64,000 nucleotides of DNA. Source: Candidatus Babeliales bacterium (GTDB lineage Bacteria > Babelota > Babeliae > Babelales > JABCYS01). The DNA lies in the NCBI GenBank assembly GCA_016929235.1, contig JAFGJD010000005.1, forward strand, positions 27,810-91,809, written 5' to 3'. The notes under the pieces were generated by a model. It saw only the letters and a list, made by a program, of their open reading frames with translations. It made no database searches and was not told the DNA's origin. A program made the position numbers and the translations under genes. Positions within the stretch are counted from its first letter, which is position 1; each line of letters begins with the position of its first letter. This document shows, piece by piece, positions 54,641 to 62,607 of this stretch.

Positions 54641-54759
54641 AGGCATCGGAGTCACTGTTTTGAAGCTGTAAAAGCAAAAAGCGGGTGTAGTGGAAAAGTT
54701 AGGTAGAAAAACAGTCGAGTGGTTTTCCATCACTCATCAGTGAGATAGTAAGGACGAGA

Positions 54760-55047
54760 ATGTCTAAAAAAATTGAAATTACCGAAGTAAAGGTATATCC
54801 AGCAAAAGATAGTGGCAGGCTTAAGGCATATGCCACTATTGTGTTTGACAACTGTTTCATAGTCCGTGATTTGAAGATAATCGAGGGCGATAAAGGCTTC
54901 TTTATCTCTATGCCATCGCGGCGTAGAAAGGATGGCACATTTAGGGATATTGTGCATCCGCTCAATTCAGAAACTCGTCAAATGGTTGAGGAGTTTATCA
55001 TCGATGAATATCAAAAATCAGTCGATGGCGAAGCAGCATCATTGTAG
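54760..55047 (+). CDS. spoVG: SpoVG family nucleic-acid-binding protein
   Basis: 95 aa. EITEVKVYPAKDSGRLKAYATIVFDNCFIVRDLKIIEG..GFFISMPSRR. Confidence 0.9.
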   Translation: MSKKIEITEVKVYPAKDSGRLKAYATIVFDNCFIVRDLKIIEGDKGFFISMPSRRRKDGTFRDIVHPLNSETRQMVEEFIIDEYQKSVDGEAASL

Positions 55048-55054
55048 ATTCATT

Positions 55055-55129
55055 TGGGGCGTAGCCAAGCGGTAAGGCACCGGTTTTTGGTATCGGCATG
55101 CGAAGGTTCGAATCCTTCCGCCCCAGCCA
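55055..55129 (+). tRNA. tRNA-Gln (anticodon TTG), CCA encoded
   Basis: 75 nt. Near-identical in the D-arm and anticodon arm to E. coli tRNA-Gln as I recall it (GCCAAGCGGTAAGGCACCGGTTTTTG). Acceptor TGGGGCG/CGCCCCA, loop TTTTGGT. Confidence 0.9.
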
Positions 55130-55206
55130 TGTCTTTCTCCCGCATTTTTTTTGTTAGGCTTGTTTTTCGGACAGGTATTGTTTTTATATTCACGGAAGGA
55201 ATGCGT

Positions 55207-55758
55207 ATGAGTCTTTATTTTGTTACAGGAAATAGAAATAAGCTTCGTGAAATCCAGTTATTGCTTCCTCATGTGGAACAGCGCGATCTGGACCTAGTTG
55301 AGATCCAAGAAATCGATGCACATAAAGTAATCCAGGCTAAGTTACAAGAAGCATTTACTCATGCAGAGAATAATTCCTTCGAATTTATCGTCGAAGATAC
55401 ATCACTTTATTTAGACTGCATGAATGGGTTGCCTGGTCCATTTATCAAGTGGTTTTTACAAGCGGTTGGCGCAATGGGGCTTGCACATATAGCGCAATGT
55501 TGTGGAAATGACAAAGCGACTGCGCGTACTATTATTGGCTATGCATCGTCCCCCCAAGACATTCATTTTTTTGAGGGAGCGATTCATGGTTCTATCGTTT
55601 TACCTCGAGGTGAATCTGGCTTTGGTTGGGACCCTATTTTCTTGCCAGATGGTTATGATAAAACGTTTAGTCAAATGTCGATTGAAGAAAAGTTTTCGAT
55701 TAGCATGAGGCGGCAGGCTGTTGAAAAGCTGAAGACATATCTTGAATCAAAGGGATAA
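55207..55758 (+). CDS. non-canonical purine NTP pyrophosphatase (Ham1/ITPA type)
   Basis: FVTGNRNKLREI, VEDTSL, GLPGPFIKWF, GFGWDPIFLPDGYDKTFSQM. ATG 55207 (or 55201) follows GGAAGGA. The ORF-track N-terminus overlaps the tRNA-Gln. Confidence 0.88.
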   Translation: MSLYFVTGNRNKLREIQLLLPHVEQRDLDLVEIQEIDAHKVIQAKLQEAFTHAENNSFEFIVEDTSLYLDCMNGLPGPFIKWFLQAVGAMGLAHIAQCCGNDKATARTIIGYASSPQDIHFFEGAIHGSIVLPRGESGFGWDPIFLPDGYDKTFSQMSIEEKFSISMRRQAVEKLKTYLESKG

Positions 55759-55760
55759 TA

Positions 55761-56372
55761 ATGGGAAACCAATTATTGATTGCATCTGGTTCGAAAACAC
55801 GGCATGAACTTCTTTTTGCATCGCGCATTCCCTTCACGGTGCTTTCGCAGGAGGTTGATGAATCGCAATGTGAGAAAAGCGGATCGCTGGAAGAATGCGT
55901 CACGCGCATTGCGCACTATAAGATGGATTATGTAAATGTTTCCATGACTTATGCAAAGAATGAAGCGATTGTGTTAACTGCCGACACGCTTGGTATGGAT
56001 GCCCAGGGAGTGATTCATGGTAAGCCCGTTGATCGTGGTGATGCGGTCAAAAAGATCAAGGCATTGCGAGGGAAGGGAATAGTGGGTACAGCTTTCTGCC
56101 TCGAAAAACGTATGAAGCAAAATGGAGGTTGGGCTTCTATGGAGCGAGTCTGTCAGTATGTTGAGGCATCATATGTGTTTGATATTCCCGACAATTGGAT
56201 AGATGCTTATCTTGACGCGGTTCCTGGATATTATTCTATGAGCGGCGCTATTACGATCGAGGGGTATGGATCTCAGTTTCTTAAATCAATTACTGGCTCA
56301 TACTCGACTATTCTAGGTTTGCCTTTATTTGAATTACGGCAAGCTTTGGAGCGAATTGGATTCTTTAATTAA
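55761..56372 (+). CDS. maf: Maf-like nucleoside triphosphate pyrophosphatase
   Basis: LLIASGSKTRHELL, LTADTL, GAITIEGYGSQFLKSITGSYSTILGLPL. Confidence 0.85.
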   Translation: MGNQLLIASGSKTRHELLFASRIPFTVLSQEVDESQCEKSGSLEECVTRIAHYKMDYVNVSMTYAKNEAIVLTADTLGMDAQGVIHGKPVDRGDAVKKIKALRGKGIVGTAFCLEKRMKQNGGWASMERVCQYVEASYVFDIPDNWIDAYLDAVPGYYSMSGAITIEGYGSQFLKSITGSYSTILGLPLFELRQALERIGFFN

Positions 56373-56811
56373 GCGTACAATTTTTCCCTGGATTCCAGCG
56401 TTTGAGGAGTTCCTTTAGAAGTAACTCTTTCGGAGAGGCGTTCGTTGGGTTGGGAAGTTTATTAGTAATGCGTTCAATAGTATGTTCGATAAATGATGTG
56501 TCGCAGGACGTGGTATCAATATGACGTACCGCTGGAATGATATCATTTTTTTTCAGCGTCTTTCTAAGCTGTTGTTCTACTGCATTGTCCAGGAATACTT
56601 CCATTTTTGACAAGAAATTCACAATGTACTGATTCATGTCATCAAGTGACTCAAAATCTTGCGAAGGCTTGTTTGCGGTCATTCCCTTAAATACCGCTCT
56701 ATTAATCAGTCTTCGTAACCCTTCATTTTCATGCTCAAGTATCCATTCAATAAGTTTGACCAATTCGAGTGATACGACCACCTGCCGATCGGATATGGTG
56801 TCATCGAACAT
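56365..56811 (-). CDS. hypothetical protein
   Basis: 148-aa ORF downstream of htpX on the same strand (30-nt gap). No signal peptide or known motif. Its 3' end overlaps convergent maf by 8 nt. Confidence 0.45.
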   Translation of the reverse strand: MFDDTISDRQVVVSLELVKLIEWILEHENEGLRRLINRAVFKGMTANKPSQDFESLDDMNQYIVNFLSKMEVFLDNAVEQQLRKTLKKNDIIPAVRHIDTTSCDTSFIEHTIERITNKLPNPTNASPKELLLKELLKRWNPGKNCTLN

Positions 56812-56841
56812 AGAGCCTCCCCTGAGTGTGATTTTGATTTT

Positions 56842-57714
56842 TCATCTTACCATAGCTTCGTATATCTTGCGCAGACGTGCAACCCTTTTTTGTACTGGGG
56901 GATGAGTTGAGAACCATGAGGTCCACCCGTTGCCGCTAAACGGATTCATGATAAAGATCGAAGCCATACTGACCTGAGCATTGTCCTGGGGGTTTAGGTG
57001 AGCATAGGTCATGTGGTCATGAATTTTTTCAAGTGCAGACGCTAAAGCAAGTGGATTATGCGATGCTTTTGCTCCTGTTTCATCTGCCATAAACTCGCGT
57101 GAACGAGAAAGCGCTAGCTGTACAATCATGGCAGCAAGTGGCATAAGCATTGCCACAAAGATCATAAATAATGGATTGCCACGACGGTTTCTATCATTGG
57201 ACATTGACCCCCAGAAGGCAGCCCATCTGATCATATTGGCAAGGTATCCAATTGCAGTTGCAATAGTTGCTGCGATGGTGATGACTAAGGTATCTCTATT
57301 TTTAATGTGCGAGAGTTCGTGCGCGAGTACGCCACGAAGTTCTTCTTTGTTGAGAATTTCTAGAATACCCGATGTAACGGCGACCGAGGCATGCTTTGGT
57401 GAGCGGCCTGTTGCAAATGCATTTGCCATGCGCGTATTGACGATCCAGAGTTTAGGCATTGGTAGCTTCATGGTTTTTGTAAGCTCACGAACTATGTCAT
57501 AGACCCAGCCGTAGCGTGTCTGGTCAAGTGGTTGTGCTTGGTACATTTTGAGCACAAGTGTATCTGAGAAAAAGTACATAATTCCATTCATAAGCAGAGC
57601 CATAATAAATGCAAATGTTAGGCCGTCCTTGCCACCAGTAAGGCCACCAATGAGCAAGAATAACCCGCTAAGGATAGAGAGTAACAGAATTGTCTTGATG
57701 TGGTTAAGAATCAT
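56842..57714 (-). CDS. htpX: zinc metalloprotease HtpX (M48)
   Basis: 290 aa. HELSHIKNRD (HExxH) and 4 TM segments. Confidence 0.9.
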   Translation of the reverse strand: MILNHIKTILLLSILSGLFLLIGGLTGGKDGLTFAFIMALLMNGIMYFFSDTLVLKMYQAQPLDQTRYGWVYDIVRELTKTMKLPMPKLWIVNTRMANAFATGRSPKHASVAVTSGILEILNKEELRGVLAHELSHIKNRDTLVITIAATIATAIGYLANMIRWAAFWGSMSNDRNRRGNPLFMIFVAMLMPLAAMIVQLALSRSREFMADETGAKASHNPLALASALEKIHDHMTYAHLNPQDNAQVSMASIFIMNPFSGNGWTSWFSTHPPVQKRVARLRKIYEAMVR

Positions 57715-57726
57715 AGCGTACCCTTT

Positions 57727-58176
57727 CTAGTCTTCGTATTCGATCTCCCAACCTTCTGATTCAGTGTCAGAATCATTGCTGGTGGGATTAGACTGACATT
57801 GCTCGATTGCTTTTTGCTTGATGACCATGAGGCGGTTGGCGCTTTCTTTGATGGCAGACTTTGTTGCTTCTTCTTGTTTCGTAAGGTCCTCAGTTGCCTG
57901 CTCAAATACGGTATTCATATCTTTTTGTAGTTTCTTAATCTGTTTTCTGAGCTTTAGGATCATCTCGACACCGGCGATATTAATGCCCATATGGTGGGTT
58001 AGATAGACAATCTCCTCAAGTTTCTCAATATCATCCTCTGAGAATTGGCGTGTTTTGCCTTCAGTTCTTTTTGGGCAGATGAGGCCCTCTTTTTCGTAGA
58101 GACGGATGGTCTGCTGATGGATAGAGAACATCTCTGCGACGGCAGATATTGAGAAAAAACCTTTCTTTCGTCTCAT
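57727..58176 (-). CDS. MerR-family heat-shock regulator, HspR-like
   Basis: HTH FSISAVAEMFSIHQQTIRLYEKEGLICPKRT and a coiled-coil C-terminus. ATG 58176 has GAGAGGAGAACGGAG upstream. Lies 12 nt upstream of htpX. Confidence 0.75.
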   Translation of the reverse strand: MRRKKGFFSISAVAEMFSIHQQTIRLYEKEGLICPKRTEGKTRQFSEDDIEKLEEIVYLTHHMGINIAGVEMILKLRKQIKKLQKDMNTVFEQATEDLTKQEEATKSAIKESANRLMVIKQKAIEQCQSNPTSNDSDTESEGWEIEYED

Positions 58177-58277
58177 GGCGCTCCGTTCTCCTCTCACGAG
58201 TGGGTTATTTACTTATTTCCATTGTAGCATATATTTTTTTTGGCACTATATCAGATCCTGAATGAAACGGGGGCTCT

Positions 58278-58937
58278 ATGAAACGAGGTCTTATAGCGTT
58301 ATTACTGATGTTTGTGGGTATAAGTGAGGCTATTCAGACGAGAGTGCAATATGTCCGCTATGTCGAAGAAAAAGTGAATAATGCCATTTTTGCCCATCGG
58401 GTTGATATCATTGATGGTGTGGCCCAAGACCGATGGCTCATTAATGGTCAGAAGGTATCGGCAGAGGAATATGAAGAAGCTCTTTTGGATTCAGAGAAAG
58501 AGGAGCGTCGAGAGGAGCGTCGCAGGGTAGAAGCTCTCAAACGTCGGGAAGAAGAGGCTGAGGCACAGCACCAAGTATTCATACATGATGCTCGCAAAGA
58601 TATTGCACGTAAACGACTCGAGCTTGTGATTAAGAATGTTGAATCCGAATTACTCAAAGTTAAAGAGCCAAAGCTTGAACCATATCTTGTTTTCGATCGT
58701 CAGACAGTTGCATCCGCAGATCTATTTAATCAGCTGCAAATTGATAGTCTTCCTGAAGCAAAACGATTGATTGCGCTCGGTCATGATGTGCAGGAAGAAG
58801 ATCTGAGCAGAACAGCGGATCAGTTGGAAGCATTCGGCCCTCGTTTGCGTGACATGTTTAGGCTTACGGTGAAACAAGCGATCAACCAATGTGATGATAC
58901 ACGTTTGTTGAAAGAGTTACTTGAAATTGTTTCGTGA
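58278..58937 (+). CDS. hypothetical secreted coiled-coil protein
   Basis: 219 aa. Signal MKRGLIALLLMFVGISEA and an E/R-rich central helix. Confidence 0.55.
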   Translation: MKRGLIALLLMFVGISEAIQTRVQYVRYVEEKVNNAIFAHRVDIIDGVAQDRWLINGQKVSAEEYEEALLDSEKEERREERRRVEALKRREEEAEAQHQVFIHDARKDIARKRLELVIKNVESELLKVKEPKLEPYLVFDRQTVASADLFNQLQIDSLPEAKRLIALGHDVQEEDLSRTADQLEAFGPRLRDMFRLTVKQAINQCDDTRLLKELLEIVS

Positions 58938-58941
58938 TATA

Positions 58942-60042
58942 TTAGACATTGAAGCGAATATCAAGAAGGTCACCGTCCTTGACAATGTAATCCTGTCCTT
59001 CGGTTTTGATTTTGCCCAGTTCTTTTAGCTTTACGATTGTCCCTGCTGAAAAAAGATCTTCACAATTAAATACTTCTGCACAGATGAAACCTCGTTCAAG
59101 ATCTGAATGAATTTCTCCTGCTGCTTTTCTCACGGTGATTCCCTGTGGGATGGGCCATGCATGAGCTTCTTTTGGTCCACAGGTAAAGAATGTAATGAGT
59201 CCGAGGTTATGGTAGGTTTTTTGGATAATGGTTTCGAGCCCTGGTTTTTCAAGTCCAAACATTGCCATCATATCATGCGCTTCTTCTTCGGGTAACTGTG
59301 ACAATTCATGCTCTATTTTTGCGCAGACAGGTATAACACGTTCTTTACCAAATGTTTTGACAAGTGTTTGTACGTGTGGGTTATCCCATTCTGATCCAAT
59401 ATCTTGTTCACTAATATTGGCAATGATCATGAATTTTTTGGCAGACAATAGGTTTAATGTTGAGAGTGGCTGGAAGGCCTGCTTGATTGCTTCAATATCA
59501 CCGTGATCAAGTGCTGATCGTAGCGTGGTTAGTTGTTCAAGTTCCGCCTTGTATCCTTTTTGTTCTGCGGGGCGTGTTTGTGTTTTTTTGATCATGCCCT
59601 CGACTTTAGGAATACGTTTTTCAATTGATTCAAGATCTTTCAGAATCAGTTCTGAGACGATGATTTCGTAATCACCTAAAGGATCAATTTCTGTTTGTGT
59701 GTTGGTGACATTAGAACTTTCAAAGCAGCGGATCACGTGCAGGATAAGATCTACCTCACGTATATTACTCAAGAATGCATTGCCCAATCCTTCGCCAGCT
59801 GCAGCGCCTTTTACTAAACCTGCGATATCGACGAAGCTTACAGTACTTGGAATCAGTTTTTGTGAGTTAAAGATTGCTTGGAGTTTATCGAGTCGTGTAT
59901 CTGGAACATTGGTAATGGCCATATGGGGATCTATGGTGCAGAAGGGATAATTTTCCGCCGGGACAGATGATTTGGTGAGGGCATTGAACAACGTTGACTT
60001 CCCCACATTAGGTAGTCCGACCAGGCCGGCTCTAATACTCAT
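58942..60042 (-). CDS. ychF: ribosome-binding ATPase YchF
   Basis: 366 aa. GLVGLPNVGKSTLFNALT and a C-terminal TGS-like domain ending KDGDLLDIRFNV. Confidence 0.93.
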   Translation of the reverse strand: MSIRAGLVGLPNVGKSTLFNALTKSSVPAENYPFCTIDPHMAITNVPDTRLDKLQAIFNSQKLIPSTVSFVDIAGLVKGAAAGEGLGNAFLSNIREVDLILHVIRCFESSNVTNTQTEIDPLGDYEIIVSELILKDLESIEKRIPKVEGMIKKTQTRPAEQKGYKAELEQLTTLRSALDHGDIEAIKQAFQPLSTLNLLSAKKFMIIANISEQDIGSEWDNPHVQTLVKTFGKERVIPVCAKIEHELSQLPEEEAHDMMAMFGLEKPGLETIIQKTYHNLGLITFFTCGPKEAHAWPIPQGITVRKAAGEIHSDLERGFICAEVFNCEDLFSAGTIVKLKELGKIKTEGQDYIVKDGDLLDIRFNV

Positions 60043-60217
60043 GAATACTCCAAACTTGTACTATATAACTATGGAATTTCCCTCAGTATAGCGCATATGG
60101 GCTGTTCGTGAAATCATGCCGGGTTTGTGAGAGATCTAGACTCTTTTAATATTTTGAAGAATGAGGTATGGTCGAATTCGTGGTAGTTATTCTTTCATTT
60201 CATACAGGAGAGTTTCT

Positions 60218-60427
60218 ATGAAATGTTGTCGTACTCCTTGGGATACAGCTGCTTGCTGGATCAACGCAATTGCAGCCCTAAACATTGGACTTTGTGCCCT
60301 TGGTATTTTTGATATGTGGAAATTGAGCCCTATGTACACCATGGGTCTTGGTTATCCTCTTATGCTCTTGGTAGGTCTATCAGGTGCATGGATGATCGGA
60401 CATGCTGTTTACCACATGATCAAATAA
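60218..60427 (+). CDS. small two-TM membrane protein (DUF378-like)
   Basis: 69 aa from ATG 60218 (AGGAGA upstream). AIAALNIGLCALGIF ... LLVGLSGAWMI resembles the DUF378 pattern. Confidence 0.45.
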   Translation: MKCCRTPWDTAACWINAIAALNIGLCALGIFDMWKLSPMYTMGLGYPLMLLVGLSGAWMIGHAVYHMIK

Positions 60428-60451
60428 GATTTGAACAGATCTTATTGGAAA

Positions 60452-60479
60452 GGCTTGGCATTATGCCAGGCCTTTTTTT
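60452..60479 (+). terminator. rho-independent terminator
   Basis: GGCTTGGCA-tta-TGCCAGGCC (one G-U pair) followed by TTTTTTT. Confidence 0.75.
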
Positions 60480-60544
60480 GTTGTTACCTCTCTTTGGGAT
60501 TGGTTATAGTAGTCAGGGAGAATAAACAATGAAAAGGGAGTGTC

Positions 60545-62533
60545 ATGAATAAAAAGAGGATTATTGTTTTAGGGCTATGTTACCTATCGGTTGGAGCCCT
60601 ATTTGCGCCTGGAGCACCGGCTGGTGAGGGTGGCGCAAAACCATCAGAGTCTCGCTCTGAATTAGAACAAAGGCGTGAGGAGCGCGAACAAGAACAGCAG
60701 CGTAGAGAACAGGAGTTAGAGAGGGCGCGAGACACAAGGCGGACTGAGGAGCTTGAGCTTGAGCGCTTAAATAACGAGCGTGCTGAAATTGAGAGACAGC
60801 GTGAGCAGCGTGAACGCGAGGTATTGGAGCGAGAAGGAATTGATGCAAATGATCCTAGGGCTCAGGACGTTTTGAGAAGAGATGATCAATACAGAGCGAT
60901 TGAGCAAAGGCTTAATGACAAAGATATTACGATTGGTGAGCATGATATGACTCGACTGCAGGCAATGCAGGACGCCTTAGAAGCGTCGCAGCAGCTTGAT
61001 ATTGTTAATACAGAGCTCTCTGACATTAATGCTCAGCTTGAACGGCCAGAGTGGAAAAGACGAGTTGATGCCATTGTGTCGTCAGTCACCCAGGCATTTC
61101 AAGAATGGAGGCAGAATAAAAGTTCTTCTATTAACAATGTGATCCAAAGAGTTAAAGACTCTATTTGGGCATCATTGATTGCGACTGCCAACAATATTAT
61201 GAGTACCGGCCGTTTTATTTCAGGTAGATTAAATGCTGAATCATCTCGCATGGAGAATGATCTTATTGCAAAACAGGATGCTGTTAGAGAGGCGCAATCA
61301 TTATTCAATGAAGGTGGCGGTATGGAGTCAGAGGCTGTTCAATTGATTCGTGACGCATTAACCGAAATGAGAGATTTGAGAGTTGCAGAGAGTGAGGGGA
61401 CACTGGATGCAAAGGGGGAAGCCCGCTTACAAGAATTACAAGATACGGCTCGCAATCTGCTTGAAAGAGCTGAAGGGGAAGAGTTGCGGGTAATGAATGA
61501 ATTGCAGGATCGTGCCAATTTATTGGTCGATGCCCTTGTGGAGAGAAATAGGACTCAATCTGACATTGATGCATTTGGAACGATGAGTCATGGCATGCGC
61601 CAGGTAGTGCAGACTACCCGTGATATCAATCTCAGTGATAGAGTGGCCGGTATTGCGGAGTCATTATTTGAGGGTGGAACCCCTGAACTTGGTCGGAGGT
61701 TGAACGTTAGGACGAGTACTGTTCATTATCAAGATGGATCATCGGCCGAAGTATATGAGTTTATAGATAGACAGTCTGGCGTTAACGAGCAAGCGAGAAT
61801 TGATAAACTTCAGAATGTTGTCGACGGAATTAAGCCTGATGGACTAGATCCTGATCTCAGATCAGCGCTGAAGCAGCGATTGCAGGAAATTCGTGATGTG
61901 CTTTCAAGGGCGCAATTGCAACTTGCTGATAGTAGTAGAACCTTACAGAAGGATATAGTTATTGCAACATCATCAGCTGAGCAGGCTAGAAGTGACATTG
62001 TGCAAACATACGAGGAAAATATGGGCAAAGAAGGGTTTGAGAATGTTCCTATTCAAATTGGAGAGAATCTGATTTCTGGTCGCGATAGGATGCTGTATGC
62101 TCTTGAATATTATAAACTTGTTGAGCCAAAGCTGTTGACTGAGAGGACGCCAGAAGAGTTAGATCTAATTTTTGATTCCTTAACTCAAGAACAAGTAGAC
62201 CAAGCCGTTCAACAAAAAAAACTTGAGCTTGAATCTTTAGAAGAAAGTGAACAAGTGCAACAACAGGCGATGGAAAGGCAAATGAATTATTTCATTAGAT
62301 CTCCTGAACAGCGCGGGCAGTACAGTCAAGTCTTGAAGTATGAGCTTTTACAGAGATTAGATAGGCCTGAGGATGCAAATGCTGGATGGGATGCCTATTA
62401 TGATGCCTTGGGGCAAGGTCTGTCTTTTTTAACACCTGAGACGAGCTTCAATTATATTTCGGCAATGGGTAGATATACGGGCCAGCTTGCTGAGCTTATA
62501 GGATCTTTAGACACTCAGATTGCACTACTTTAG
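60545..62533 (+). CDS. large secreted coiled-coil protein
   Basis: 662 aa. Signal MNKKRIIVLGLCYLSVGALFAPGAPA. N-terminal E/R/Q-rich block (EQRREEREQEQQRREQELERAR...). No family recognised. Confidence 0.6.
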   Translation: MNKKRIIVLGLCYLSVGALFAPGAPAGEGGAKPSESRSELEQRREEREQEQQRREQELERARDTRRTEELELERLNNERAEIERQREQREREVLEREGIDANDPRAQDVLRRDDQYRAIEQRLNDKDITIGEHDMTRLQAMQDALEASQQLDIVNTELSDINAQLERPEWKRRVDAIVSSVTQAFQEWRQNKSSSINNVIQRVKDSIWASLIATANNIMSTGRFISGRLNAESSRMENDLIAKQDAVREAQSLFNEGGGMESEAVQLIRDALTEMRDLRVAESEGTLDAKGEARLQELQDTARNLLERAEGEELRVMNELQDRANLLVDALVERNRTQSDIDAFGTMSHGMRQVVQTTRDINLSDRVAGIAESLFEGGTPELGRRLNVRTSTVHYQDGSSAEVYEFIDRQSGVNEQARIDKLQNVVDGIKPDGLDPDLRSALKQRLQEIRDVLSRAQLQLADSSRTLQKDIVIATSSAEQARSDIVQTYEENMGKEGFENVPIQIGENLISGRDRMLYALEYYKLVEPKLLTERTPEELDLIFDSLTQEQVDQAVQQKKLELESLEESEQVQQQAMERQMNYFIRSPEQRGQYSQVLKYELLQRLDRPEDANAGWDAYYDALGQGLSFLTPETSFNYISAMGRYTGQLAELIGSLDTQIALL

Positions 62534-62550
62534 ATTTGAAAGTTTTGAAT

Positions 62551-62589
62551 AAAAAAGAGCCGCAGCTTTTACACCGCGGCTCTTTTTTT
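62551..62589. terminator. bidirectional rho-independent terminator (coiled-coil gene / convergent dnaK)
   Basis: AAAAAA-GAGCCGC-(12 nt)-GCGGCTC-TTTTTTT. Confidence 0.8.
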
Positions 62590-62607
62590 CAGTACCTGGT
62601 TGCGTAC

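Noticed and set aside
55054-55206. N-terminal 51 codons of the ORF-track entry 55054..55758
   Set aside because: This stretch is the tRNA-Gln gene (55055-55129) read as protein, plus spacer. The Ham1 homology begins at MSLYFVTGN, and a GGAAGGA RBS precedes ATG 55207.
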